This document shows, piece after piece, positions 19,701 to 28,840 of a stretch of 64,000 nucleotides of DNA. Origin of the DNA: an uncultured Collinsella sp. GTDB taxonomy: Bacteria > Actinomycetota > Coriobacteriia > Coriobacteriales > Coriobacteriaceae. How positions within the stretch are numbered: the first letter of the stretch is position 1; the number at the start of each line of letters is the position of its first letter. The position numbers were made by a program, and so were the translations under genes. The stretch lies in the NCBI GenBank assembly GCA_959606495.1, contig CAUHJB010000004.1, positions 12,813 to 76,812 of the forward strand, read 5' to 3'. The notes beneath the pieces are model-generated. The model worked only from the letters and a program-made list of their open reading frames with translations. It made no database searches and was not told the DNA's origin.

Positions 19701-20693
19701 ATGACTACTCAGGAACAGGTTAAGGACGTCGTCTCCCAGGTTTTGGCTGACAAGGCAGACAAGGGCGGCATCAAGCGCGTCGTGTGGATTGGCGCCGGCG
19801 GATCCAACGGCGGCAACTATCCTGCCCAGTACTTTATGGAGCACGAGGCCACGCAGGTCGTGAGCTCCAGTTACACCAGCAACGAGTTCGTGCATGCCAC
19901 CCCGGCCTACGTCAACGAGAACACCCTGGCCGTCGTCGTGTCCATGCGCGGCACCAAGGAGACCATCGTCGCCGCCCAGGTCGCCAAGGACCACGGCGCC
20001 AGCACCATCGCCATCTATGTTGACGAGTCCGGCCTCACCGAGGTCTGCGACTACAAGATCCAGTATGACAGCCTGGCCGTTGACGAGTCCTGCATGGGCC
20101 GTACCAACTCCGCCGTCGTGACCATGATCGCCATGGAACTCACGCAGCAGACCGAGGGCTATGCCGAGTACGAGACCGCTATGGCCGCTTTCGACCTGGT
20201 CGACCCCATCTATCGCAAGGCCGTCGAGTACACCCGTCCGCTCGCTGCCAAGTGGGCCGAGCAGAACGCCGACAAGCCCTGCATCAACGTCATGGCTCAG
20301 GGCCCGCTCTTTGGTGCCGCCTACGTCTTTAGCATCTGCAATGTGCAGGAGATGCTGCAGATCGACTCCTGCACCATCAACACCTGCGACTTCTTCCACG
20401 GCCCCTTCGAGATCCTGGACAAGCGCACCTCGCTGTTCCAGCTCATCAGCGTCGGCCGCAGCCGCTGCAACGACGAGCGCGGCATCCGTTTCGTCAACCA
20501 GTACGGTGGCGATCGCGTCTATCAGCTCGACGCCAAGGAGCTTGGCCTCAACGACATCAAGGACAGCGTGAGCGAATACTTCAACCACCTGATCTTTGCG
20601 CCGATCCTCAACAACGTGTACATGCGCGCGCTCTCTGCCGTCACCCACAAGGACTACATGACGCGCCGCTACATGTGGAAGCTCGATTACTAA
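19701..20693 (+). CDS. SIS-domain sugar-phosphate isomerase/deglycase, FrlB-like (paralog 1)
   Basis: Two SIS repeats (GAGGSNGG, SMRGTKETI). The C-terminal RRYMWKLDY is shared with the paralogs at 25021 and 32085. Confidence 0.8.
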   Translation: MTTQEQVKDVVSQVLADKADKGGIKRVVWIGAGGSNGGNYPAQYFMEHEATQVVSSSYTSNEFVHATPAYVNENTLAVVVSMRGTKETIVAAQVAKDHGASTIAIYVDESGLTEVCDYKIQYDSLAVDESCMGRTNSAVVTMIAMELTQQTEGYAEYETAMAAFDLVDPIYRKAVEYTRPLAAKWAEQNADKPCINVMAQGPLFGAAYVFSICNVQEMLQIDSCTINTCDFFHGPFEILDKRTSLFQLISVGRSRCNDERGIRFVNQYGGDRVYQLDAKELGLNDIKDSVSEYFNHLIFAPILNNVYMRALSAVTHKDYMTRRYMWKLDY

Positions 20694-20729
20694 GGGATAG
20701 AGCGGCCTAACAGCCCAATACTCCTCATA

Positions 20730-20797
20730 AGTTGCGGTGGAATAGTTCCTGTTGGGGGGGCGTGAGGCCTCTATTTGAGAACTATTTCACCGCAACT
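20730..20797. repeat. 19-bp inverted repeat flanked by a 9-bp direct repeat
   Basis: AGTTGCGGTGGAATAGTTC (20730-20748) against GAACTATTTCACCGCAACT (20779-20797). TAGAGCGGC at 20698 and 20800. Confidence 0.7.
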
Positions 20798-20917
20798 GCT
20801 AGAGCGGCACTTGGGGACGTTCCCTTTCTGCCGGCACCTGCGACACTCCCTGTGTCAAGAGTTTTCCCGTTCGCCGATTTCAGTCTTGATAAATGTATAT
20901 AACGACTATAACGTAGC

Positions 20918-22036
20918 ATGAAACATATTGGAAATAATACCGAGGAGGCTGCGTTGAAGAGAAGTAATGTGGGCTATGTGCTGGTGCTGATCGCCGCGCT
21001 TATGTGGGGCACCATCGGAATCTTTGTTAACGGAATATCGGCCCTGGGTGTTTCGTCTCAGAGCATGGCGGCCCTTCGTCTGTTGTCGGGTGCCGTCTTA
21101 ATGGCTCCGGTCTTGGTATTCATGGGCTGCCAGGGAGGTGCTCGTGAGGGAAAAGCCTCGGGTCCCATGGCACTGTTCAAGGCAAGTCCTAAAGAGCTCG
21201 TCCCCTGCGCACTTGTCGGTATCGTCGGTTTGGCCGTCGCCAACACCTGCTATTACGAGTGCATGGGCGAGGTGGGCATGTCCACGGCCTCGGTGCTGCT
21301 CTATACCTCGCCGGTGTTTGGCGTCATGCTCGGCCGCGTGCTTTATCGCGAGGGCGTGACCCCCAACAAGCTCGTCGCCATCATCTTTAACATTGTGGGT
21401 TGCGTGCTCGCGGTGACGAGCGGCGACCTGTCCGGTTTCCATTTCTCGACTTGGGGCGTCGCTTCGGGTGTGATCGCCGGACTTTGCGGTGCGCTGCTGG
21501 CTGTGTTTAGCCGCATGGCCACCAAGACGCTGCATCCGCTGGCGGTGACGTTTTGGGGCTTTGTCTTTGGCGGATGCTTTATGGCTGTGCTTTCTGCTCC
21601 GTGGTCCGATGTGGCCGCGGCAATGTCCCCGCACCTCATTCTGTTGTTCGCGGGCTTTGGCTTTATTCCGACGGCTCTTGCGTACATCTTCTATATGCAG
21701 GGCCTTTCGATGGATCTTGAGACGTCGAAGGTGCCGGTCGTGGCTTCGTTCGAAACCGTGGCGACCGTTCTGGTCGGTATTGGCATCTATGCCGAGTCCG
21801 CCGGCGCAATCAAGGTCCTGGGCATTGTGCTGGTGCTCGCCTCCATCGTGATCATGAACACCGACTTTTCCAAGCTGCGCAACAGCGCCATTGTCAAACG
21901 TATTGTCGAGAGCATGACCTTTAAGCCCAACGCGTGGTGGACGGAGAAATCGCAGGACATGGACCTGTTCCGCGAGCGCACGGGCATTGCGCTGGAGCCC
22001 ACCGTGCAGGAAAGCCCCTGGTACTTCGTGCGATAG
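20918..22036 (+). CDS. EamA/DMT family transporter
   Basis: Ten-TM profile typical of EamA duplication. No SD before the ATG at 20918. Alternative TTG at 20954 follows GAGGAGG. Confidence 0.75.
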   Translation: MKHIGNNTEEAALKRSNVGYVLVLIAALMWGTIGIFVNGISALGVSSQSMAALRLLSGAVLMAPVLVFMGCQGGAREGKASGPMALFKASPKELVPCALVGIVGLAVANTCYYECMGEVGMSTASVLLYTSPVFGVMLGRVLYREGVTPNKLVAIIFNIVGCVLAVTSGDLSGFHFSTWGVASGVIAGLCGALLAVFSRMATKTLHPLAVTFWGFVFGGCFMAVLSAPWSDVAAAMSPHLILLFAGFGFIPTALAYIFYMQGLSMDLETSKVPVVASFETVATVLVGIGIYAESAGAIKVLGIVLVLASIVIMNTDFSKLRNSAIVKRIVESMTFKPNAWWTEKSQDMDLFRERTGIALEPTVQESPWYFVR

Positions 22037-22219
22037 GGGATTGCGCGCGGCGTCCGACCTGGGGTTATCCAGCCAGCGCCGGCCAACCCAGCCCCAACGT
22101 TTCAAGTACGTTAAACCCGTCAACGGTCGATTTTCACCCGCGAACGGTCTTTATACTAATTAGCAATATAAGCAACGTATAAGACGTTATAATGACCATA
22201 ACGAAAAGGAGGAGGCAAG

Positions 22220-23143
22220 ATGAATCAGATCATTCTCGCATCTCATGGCGGCCTGGCCGCAGGCGCCAAAGACACGCTCGAGATGGTTCTCGGCGACGTG
22301 TCGAACGTCCACGTCGTGTCGCTTGCTCGTGACGACAAGGAGCCCATCACCAATAAGGTTGAGGCTATGATCGCCACGTTCAACGCGGACGACACCGTGT
22401 ATGTGCTAACCGATATGCTCGGTAGCTCGGTCAACAACAACATGGTCGAGCTTTCCAAGAACGGCACGAAGTTCACGGTTGTCAGCGGTTTCAACATCCC
22501 GCTGGCGCTCACGCTCGCTATGAGCCCCGCCCCCGTCAAGGGCGCCGAGCTCGCGGCCCTCATCAACGAGGCCCGCACCGGTCTGACCAACCCCAACGCA
22601 CCGGTCGAGGTCGCCGCGGCTCCCGCCAAGAAGGCTAAGGCGTCCCGTCACAGCTCCGGTCCCGCCAAGATCGTCCTCGCACGTCTTGACTACCGTCTGC
22701 TGCACGGCCAGGTCGTCTTTACCTGGACCACCAAGGTCCAGGCCGAGCGCATCATCGTCGTCGACAACGCTGCCGCCAACGATGACATCAAGAAGGGCGC
22801 TCTTAAGCTGGCCAAGCCCCAGGGCGTGCGCCTGAACGTCTTCACCGTCGAGCGTGCCCTCGCCAAGATGGACAAGCTCAACACCCTCGGCGAGCGCGTC
22901 ATGTTCGTCTTTGGCAACACGGCCGAGATGCTGCAGTTCTGCCAGGGCTACAAGCTCGACGCCATCAACCTGGGCGCCACCGCCAACCACGACGGTGCCG
23001 AGCAGGTCGGCGGCAAGGACAGCTCCGTCTTCCTCGACGCCACCCAGAAGGCCGACGTCAACCAGCTGCTCGACATGGGCATCAAGCTCTACGTCCAGCA
23101 GACCCCTACGTATCAGAGCGTCGACATCGACGCCAAGCTGTAA
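22220..23143 (+). CDS. PTS mannose/fructose/sorbose family EIIA-EIIB fusion
   Basis: EIIA N-terminus MNQIILASHGGLAAGA, Ala/Pro/Lys linker, EIIB IVLARLDYRLLHGQV. AAGGAGGAGG SD. Confidence 0.9.
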   Translation: MNQIILASHGGLAAGAKDTLEMVLGDVSNVHVVSLARDDKEPITNKVEAMIATFNADDTVYVLTDMLGSSVNNNMVELSKNGTKFTVVSGFNIPLALTLAMSPAPVKGAELAALINEARTGLTNPNAPVEVAAAPAKKAKASRHSSGPAKIVLARLDYRLLHGQVVFTWTTKVQAERIIVVDNAAANDDIKKGALKLAKPQGVRLNVFTVERALAKMDKLNTLGERVMFVFGNTAEMLQFCQGYKLDAINLGATANHDGAEQVGGKDSSVFLDATQKADVNQLLDMGIKLYVQQTPTYQSVDIDAKL

Positions 23144-23179
23144 TCAACCAGGCTTTTGCCTGACTGAAAGGAGAAGGGT

Positions 23180-23974
23180 ATGAATACGTTCATCAGTGCG
23201 GTGCTCGTCGGCCTCGTCGGCGTGTTCTGCATGTGGGACTCCCGCCTGCTCGGTCGTCTTAACTTCGAGCAGCCCCTCGTTGGCGCTACGCTCGTCGGTC
23301 TGCTGCTGGGCGATGTGCCCACCGGCCTTGCCGTCGGTGCCGCCGTCGAGCTCGTGTCCATGGGCCTGGTGCAGGTCGGCGCCGCCGTTCCGCCCGATAT
23401 GGTCCTGGGCGGCATCGTGGCCGCTGCCTTTGCATGCCTGACCGATGCTTCCGCCGAGACCGCCATGACGATCGCCATCCCGGTCGCCGTCCTGGGTCAG
23501 CTCCTCGGCATCGTGTTCCGTTCCATCATCGCCGCCCTCACTCATGTGGCAGATAGTGCGATCGATAACGGAAAGTTCAAGACCGCCTACCGTATGCACA
23601 TCTGCGCCGGCTCCGGTCTGTACGCCGTCATGTACTTCCTGCCGATCTTCCTCGCCGTCTTTGTTGGCACCGACCTGGTTCAGGCCATCGTCAACATGGT
23701 TCCCGAGTGGCTGTCCACCGGTCTTAACGTTTCGACCAAGATCATGACCGCCTACGGCTTGGCCCTGCTGCTCACCATGATGATCAAGAAGGGTATGACT
23801 CCGTTCCTGTTCATCGGTTTCCTGCTCGCCGCTTACCTCAACCTGTCCGTCATCGCGGTCGCTCTGATCGGTGTGTGCCTGGCTGTCGTCTTCATGGGCT
23901 TCAAGTTCAACGGTTCCCATGCAGCCGCCGGTGTCGATTCCGACTACGATCCGCTCGAAGACGACGAAGACTAA
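23180..23974 (+). CDS. PTS mannose-family EIIC
   Basis: Hydrophobic 264-aa protein following IIAB; AAGGAGAAGG SD. Confidence 0.88.
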   Translation: MNTFISAVLVGLVGVFCMWDSRLLGRLNFEQPLVGATLVGLLLGDVPTGLAVGAAVELVSMGLVQVGAAVPPDMVLGGIVAAAFACLTDASAETAMTIAIPVAVLGQLLGIVFRSIIAALTHVADSAIDNGKFKTAYRMHICAGSGLYAVMYFLPIFLAVFVGTDLVQAIVNMVPEWLSTGLNVSTKIMTAYGLALLLTMMIKKGMTPFLFIGFLLAAYLNLSVIAVALIGVCLAVVFMGFKFNGSHAAAGVDSDYDPLEDDED

Positions 23975-23987
23975 GGAGGAACACACT

Positions 23988-24821
23988 ATGGCAACCGCAA
24001 CCAAGGACGTGTCCCTGAACAAGAAGGTCAGCCAGTTCTTCTGGCGCTCCTGGGCCATCCAGGCCTCTTGGAACTACGAGCGTCAGATGAACATGGGCTT
24101 CCTCTACGGCATGGTTCCCACGCTCGATCGCCTCTATCCGGATGAGTCCGATCCCAAGCAGCTCGCTGCTAAGAAAGAGGCTTACCACCGTCACATGGCG
24201 TTCTACAACTGCACCCCGCAGACGAGCGCTTTCATCCTGGGCCTCTCCGCCTCCATGGAGGAGGAGTACGCCAAGGATCCCGAGAACTTCGACCCCGATT
24301 CGATCAACGCGGTCAAGACCTCCCTCATGGGTCCGCTTTCCGGCATCGGTGACTCCTTCTTCCAAGGCACCATCCGCGTTATCGCCTTTGGTCTGGGCGT
24401 TCAGCTGGCTCAGCAGGGCTCCATCATGGGCCCGATCCTGGCCATGCTCATCTCCATCGTCCCCTCTGTGCTGATCACTTGGTTCGCAGCCAAGATGGGC
24501 TATCAGGGCGGTCACGAGTACCTGAGCAAGCTTCAGGGCGGCGACCTCATGGAGAAGCTCATGTATGTCTGCGGCATCGTGGGTCTTATGTCCGTGGGCG
24601 GCATGATCGCCACACTGATCGGCGCCACCACCCCGCTGCAGTTCGCTGAGGGCACCGTCGTGATCCAGGACATCCTGGACGGCATGATGCCCCAGATGAT
24701 CTCCCTTGGCCTCACCGGCCTTATGTACTGGCTCATCAAGAAGAACGTCAATACCGGTTGGCTTCTCGTGATCGCCATCGTGGGCGGCATCGCCCTCTCC
24801 GCGGCCGGCATCCTGGCCTAG
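23988..24821 (+). CDS. PTS mannose-family EIID
   Basis: FFWRSWAIQASWNYERQMNMGFLY signature. AAGGAGGA SD before the ATG at 23988. Confidence 0.9.
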   Translation: MATATKDVSLNKKVSQFFWRSWAIQASWNYERQMNMGFLYGMVPTLDRLYPDESDPKQLAAKKEAYHRHMAFYNCTPQTSAFILGLSASMEEEYAKDPENFDPDSINAVKTSLMGPLSGIGDSFFQGTIRVIAFGLGVQLAQQGSIMGPILAMLISIVPSVLITWFAAKMGYQGGHEYLSKLQGGDLMEKLMYVCGIVGLMSVGGMIATLIGATTPLQFAEGTVVIQDILDGMMPQMISLGLTGLMYWLIKKNVNTGWLLVIAIVGGIALSAAGILA

Positions 24822-25020
24822 TCGCGACCAAGCGTCTAACCGCTTTCCCCCGGGGGCCTGCCTGGCATCCCATACCCCAGGCAGGCTTCCATCCCCAAAT
24901 GTGTCAAAGGGACAGTCCCTTTGTCGCATCCTCAACGGGCCGGCGATTCGGTCCAAATTACGGTAACCCTGCGTGCGTCCGGCAATGTGGCGCCGCAAAA
25001 AATCGAAAGGAATGTGTCAG

Positions 25021-26004
25021 ATGTACGAGATCGACCTTAACCTCCCTAAGCAGATCGTCGCTGACGTCCTGTCCAACCACGAGATCCACAGCGTCGCCTT
25101 CGTCGGCTGCGGCGCTTCCATGTCCGACCTTTACCCCGCCAAGTACTTCCTGGCCAACAACACGGACAAGCTGAACGTTCAGATCTTCACCGCTAACGAG
25201 TTCAACTACGACACGCCTTCCTGGGTCAACGAGCACACCTTCGTGATCACCTGCTCCCTCGGTGGCTCCACGCCCGAGACCGTCGAGGCCAACAAGACCG
25301 CCAAGAAGCACAACTGCCCGGTCGTCTCCCTCACCAACAAGGCTGGCTCCGCTCTGACCGTCGATGCCGACCACGTCATCGTTCACGGCTTCCACGCCAA
25401 CTACGCTGCCAAGTGCGAGAAGCCCGGCTATGCCATCGCTCTTGCTCTCGAGATCCTTCAGCAGACCGAGGGCTATGACCACTACGAGGACATGATCACC
25501 GGCCTCACCAACATCTTCGATCTCTGCGAGAACGCCGCTCAGCACTGCAAGAAGCTCGCCAAGAAGTTCGCCGAGGACTTCAAGGACGACAAGATGATCT
25601 ACTTCATGGCTTCCGGTGCCTCCGAGAAGATGGCTTATTCTCATGCCGCCTTCCTGTTCACCGAGATGCAGTGGATCGACGCCGCCGCCTACAACACCGG
25701 CGAGTACTTCCACGGCCCGTTCGAGGTTTCCACCGAGGGTAAGCCCTACGTCTTCTTCATGTCCGATGGCGCCACCCGTCCGATGGACGCCCGCGCCCTC
25801 ACCTTCCTTGAGCGCATGGGCGCCAAGGTCGCTCTGATCGACTCCAAGGACTACGGCCTGGCTGACGCCGTGCCCGCGAGCGTCGTCACCTACTTCAACC
25901 CGCTGCTGCACCTCGCCGTTATGCGCGAGTACGGCAACCAGATCGCCGAGGCCCGTCAGCACCCGCTGACCATGCGTCGCTACATGTGGAAGCTTTCCTA
26001 CTAA
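25021..26004 (+). CDS. SIS-domain FrlB-like protein (paralog 2)
   Basis: SIS motifs (GCGASMS, CSLGGSTPETV) and C-terminal RRYMWKLSY. Confidence 0.8.
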   Translation: MYEIDLNLPKQIVADVLSNHEIHSVAFVGCGASMSDLYPAKYFLANNTDKLNVQIFTANEFNYDTPSWVNEHTFVITCSLGGSTPETVEANKTAKKHNCPVVSLTNKAGSALTVDADHVIVHGFHANYAAKCEKPGYAIALALEILQQTEGYDHYEDMITGLTNIFDLCENAAQHCKKLAKKFAEDFKDDKMIYFMASGASEKMAYSHAAFLFTEMQWIDAAAYNTGEYFHGPFEVSTEGKPYVFFMSDGATRPMDARALTFLERMGAKVALIDSKDYGLADAVPASVVTYFNPLLHLAVMREYGNQIAEARQHPLTMRRYMWKLSY

Positions 26005-26104
26005 TCACAAGTAAGTAGACCTTACGGGTTGATTGAGAGGGGATGGGGTTTGCGCCCCGTCCCCTTTTTTGCTCTGGGGAGGGCGTGCCCGTCGCGCCGC
26101 AAAA

Positions 26105-26150
26105 CCCCAGATAAAACCTACCAAAATAAACCTGTCCCTTTTTGGCAGGT
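26105..26150 (-). repeat. Family B repeat, copy B2 (inverted orientation)
   Basis: CCCCAGATAAAACCTACCAAAATAAACCTGTCCCTTTTTGGCAGGT is the reverse complement of the 37802 copy. Abuts the HAD gene SD. Confidence 0.8.
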
Positions 26151-26158
26151 GGGAGGAG

Positions 26159-26794
26159 ATGCGTATGATCAAGGCAGTGCTGTTTGATATGGACGGCGTG
26201 CTGGTCGATACCGAGTGGTTCTACAACCGCCGTCGCGTGGCGTTTATGGAAGAGAAGGGGTTCCACTTTGACGAGATCCCCGATCTTTCGGGGTCTAACG
26301 AGCCTGCCATTTGGGAGGCGCTGGTGCCCGACGATGTTGAGCTGCGCGAGCGCCTGTGCGTGGAGTACAAGCATGTCTATAGCCCGGACCATCCCGTTCC
26401 GTATGCCGAGCTGCTCAACGAGCAGACGGAGCCGGTGATGCGTGAGCTGCACGAGCGCGGCGTGAAGTGCGCCATCGCGAGCTCGTCCTATCGCGAGTTG
26501 ATTGACGAGCTGGTGGAGATCGCTGGTATCGCCGACGTGCTGGACTACACCATCAGCGGTCACGAGTGCAGCGCGTTTAAGCCCGACCCCGAGATCTACC
26601 TGCGTGCCATGGAGGCACTGGGGGTGGAGCCTGCCGAGTGCCTGGTTATCGAGGACTCGCCGTTGGGTATCGAGGCCGGCAAGCGCTCCGGCGCCCGAGT
26701 CCTGGCGCTGCGTCCGCACGAGGGCGTCAACCTGGATCAGTCCGCCGCCGACGTTGTCATCGACAGCCTGACTGACATCCTACCTGCCATTTAG
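26159..26794 (+). CDS. HAD-superfamily phosphatase (beta-phosphoglucomutase-like subfamily)
   Basis: Motif I LFDMDGVLVDTE, IASSS, KPDPEIY, EDSPLGIEAG. Confidence 0.85.
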   Translation: MRMIKAVLFDMDGVLVDTEWFYNRRRVAFMEEKGFHFDEIPDLSGSNEPAIWEALVPDDVELRERLCVEYKHVYSPDHPVPYAELLNEQTEPVMRELHERGVKCAIASSSYRELIDELVEIAGIADVLDYTISGHECSAFKPDPEIYLRAMEALGVEPAECLVIEDSPLGIEAGKRSGARVLALRPHEGVNLDQSAADVVIDSLTDILPAI

Positions 26795-26838
26795 GGACAG
26801 GTTTATTTTTGTCAGGTTTTACCTGGGCAAATGCCGAA
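26779..26838 (+). repeat. Family B repeat, copy B3
   Basis: CCTACCTGCCATTTAGGGACAGGTTTATTTTTGTCAGGTTTTACCTGGGCAAATGCCGAA. Supplies the HAD TAG stop. Confidence 0.8.
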
Positions 26839-26840
26839 TT

Positions 26841-26880
26841 CGCCGTGAAGGGATCGCTCTCTTCACGGCGTTTTTCTTTT
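26841..26880 (+). terminator. Rho-independent terminator
   Basis: CGCCGTGAAG-GGATCGCTCT-CTTCACGGCG then TTTTTCTTTT. Confidence 0.8.
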
Positions 26881-26949
26881 GAGCGGTTTTACGCGGTCCT
26901 TCTGATGGTTGTCGAGAGAGGGTGAATTGAGGCGCCCTCTGTCGCTCCA

Positions 26950-26958
26950 TGCTACAAT
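26950..26958 (+). promoter_or_regulatory. Extended -10 element (TGcTACAAT) upstream of the YitT-like gene
   Basis: TGCTACAAT lies 46 nt upstream of the GTG at 27004. Confidence 0.4.
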
Positions 26959-27003
26959 CGCCGGCATGCCCCACAACCACATCTGCCTTCGAAAGGAGCC
27001 TGC

Positions 27004-28011
27004 GTGGCGAACGCCATCGATCAGCTCACGGACCGAGTGCTCGTGCTCGGCCGCCTCACCATCGTCCGCCGCACCATTACTGCCGTGGCGGTCACGATTT
27101 CCGCCGTTCTCCAGACATTTCTGATTCAGGCGTTCATTCGGCCCGCCGACCTGCTTCCGAGCGGTCTTACCGGCGTCGCGGTCCTGCTCGATCGTGTTAC
27201 CTCGCTCGGCGGCGTTCATATCGACATCTCGCTTGGCATGCTCGCGCTCAACATCCCCGTGGCGCTTCTGTGTTGGAGCGGCATCAGCAAGCGCTTCGTC
27301 ATCTTCTCGATGATGCAGGTCGTGCTCTCGTCGCTGTTCCTCAATATCTTTCACTTCGCCCCGTTTTTGGGCGACAAGATCATGCTCATCATCTTTGGTG
27401 GCGTGGTCTCGGGCCTGGGCGCCGCCATCGCGCTTAAGTCCGGCGCATCCACCGGCGGTACCGACTTTATCGCGCTGTGGGTCTCCAACCACACGGGTAA
27501 GACTATCTGGGGCGTCATCTTTGGTTTCAACTGCTTTATCCTGGCGATTTTTGGTTTTATGTTTGGCTGGGACAACGCAGCGTACTCCATCGTGTTCCAG
27601 TTTATTTCGACCAAGACCATCGACAGCTTCTATCGTCGCTACGATCGCGTGACGCTGCAGATCACGACGCGCAAGGCAGACGAGGTCATGACCGCCTATG
27701 TTGACCATTTTCAGCATGGTATTAGCTGCGCCGAGGTCATTGGCGGATACAGCCGCGAGAAGATGTACCTGCTGCATGCCGTTGTCTCGACCTACGAGAG
27801 CCAGGACATTATCAAGCTGGTGTGCGACATTGATCCCGGCGCCGTGATCAATGTGTTCCATACGCTCAACTTTGTGGGCGGCTGGTGGGGCGGTCATGTC
27901 GACGAGCCCATGCCCACGGCCGTGCCCGATCCCGACAAGCCCGCGCGCATGGCCAGCAGGCAGGCGCGCCTCATCGATCAGGACAGCCTGCAACAGGACG
28001 ACGGCAGGTAA
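27004..28011 (+). CDS. YitT-family membrane protein (DUF2179 C-terminal domain)
   Basis: Five or six TM segments, then a soluble domain (VTLQITTRKADEV...GGYSREKMYLLHAVV). AAGGAG SD before the GTG. Confidence 0.75.
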   Translation: MANAIDQLTDRVLVLGRLTIVRRTITAVAVTISAVLQTFLIQAFIRPADLLPSGLTGVAVLLDRVTSLGGVHIDISLGMLALNIPVALLCWSGISKRFVIFSMMQVVLSSLFLNIFHFAPFLGDKIMLIIFGGVVSGLGAAIALKSGASTGGTDFIALWVSNHTGKTIWGVIFGFNCFILAIFGFMFGWDNAAYSIVFQFISTKTIDSFYRRYDRVTLQITTRKADEVMTAYVDHFQHGISCAEVIGGYSREKMYLLHAVVSTYESQDIIKLVCDIDPGAVINVFHTLNFVGGWWGGHVDEPMPTAVPDPDKPARMASRQARLIDQDSLQQDDGR

Positions 28012-28115
28012 GGATTTGCTGTATGCGGTGTATCGTTTTATCATTATGAGGTAACATGAAACTAGACGTTATATACGTATTAGTTATTTCAATATTTCGA
28101 TAAGAGTGATTAGAT

Positions 28116-28835
28116 ATGCCTGCACCCAAAAATGCCCCGCTTTACCAGCAGATTTACGACGAGATCAAGGATGCGATCGAGAAAGGTGTTTATGCACCCA
28201 AGGAGCGTATTCCGTCCGAGCTCGAGCTAGCCGAGCAGTACGAGGTGAGCCGAATTACGGTGCGTCGCGCCGTCGAGGAGCTGTGCTCCGATGGCTACCT
28301 GGTTAAGCAGCAGGGCCGTGGCACCTTTGTTTCCACGCCGCACATCAATCGCCAATTTCACGCCTCGACGCTGCAGACGTTTACCGCGCTGTGTGCCGGC
28401 AACGGCATGAAGGCCGGTGCGCACGTAATCGATCGCCAGATTGTGCCGGCGCGCCAAAACGAGATGGAGTTCTTTGGCCTGCAGAAGGATGCGCTGCTGC
28501 TGCACATCAAGCGCGTGCGTACTGCCGACGGCGAGCCCATCTTTGAAGAGAACATCTTTGTGCCGTTTGACGCCTACCGTGAGCTGTTGACGGCCGATCT
28601 TGAGGACAAGTCGATTTTTGCCGAGGTCGAGCGTGTTGGCGGAACGCCGATTGTCTCGGTTGGTTACCGTACGGTCGAAGCCGTTCGCGCCAACGCCGAG
28701 CAGGCGGCTGAGCTGGGCATTGCTCCGCACGATCCGCTGCTCAACCTGCGCGCCGGCTTTATCGGACCCAATGGCGAGCCGGTCCTGATGGGTAAGCAGT
28801 ACTACGTGGGATCGCGCTACGTTATGGTCATGTAG
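28116..28835 (+). CDS. GntR family regulator, HutC/UTRA subfamily (paralog 2)
   Basis: LYQQIYDEIKDAIEKGVY..IPSELELAEQYEVSRITVRRAVEEL wHTH plus UTRA. Confidence 0.88.
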   Translation: MPAPKNAPLYQQIYDEIKDAIEKGVYAPKERIPSELELAEQYEVSRITVRRAVEELCSDGYLVKQQGRGTFVSTPHINRQFHASTLQTFTALCAGNGMKAGAHVIDRQIVPARQNEMEFFGLQKDALLLHIKRVRTADGEPIFEENIFVPFDAYRELLTADLEDKSIFAEVERVGGTPIVSVGYRTVEAVRANAEQAAELGIAPHDPLLNLRAGFIGPNGEPVLMGKQYYVGSRYVMVM

Positions 28836-28840
28836 CTCTA

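Noticed and set aside
24857-24925. Hairpins between PTS IID and the second SIS gene as a terminator splitting the operon.
   Set aside because: The stems GCCTGCCTGG/CCAGGCAGGC and CAAAGGGA/TCCCTTTG lack a following T-run. They may attenuate transcription but cannot be called terminators from sequence alone.
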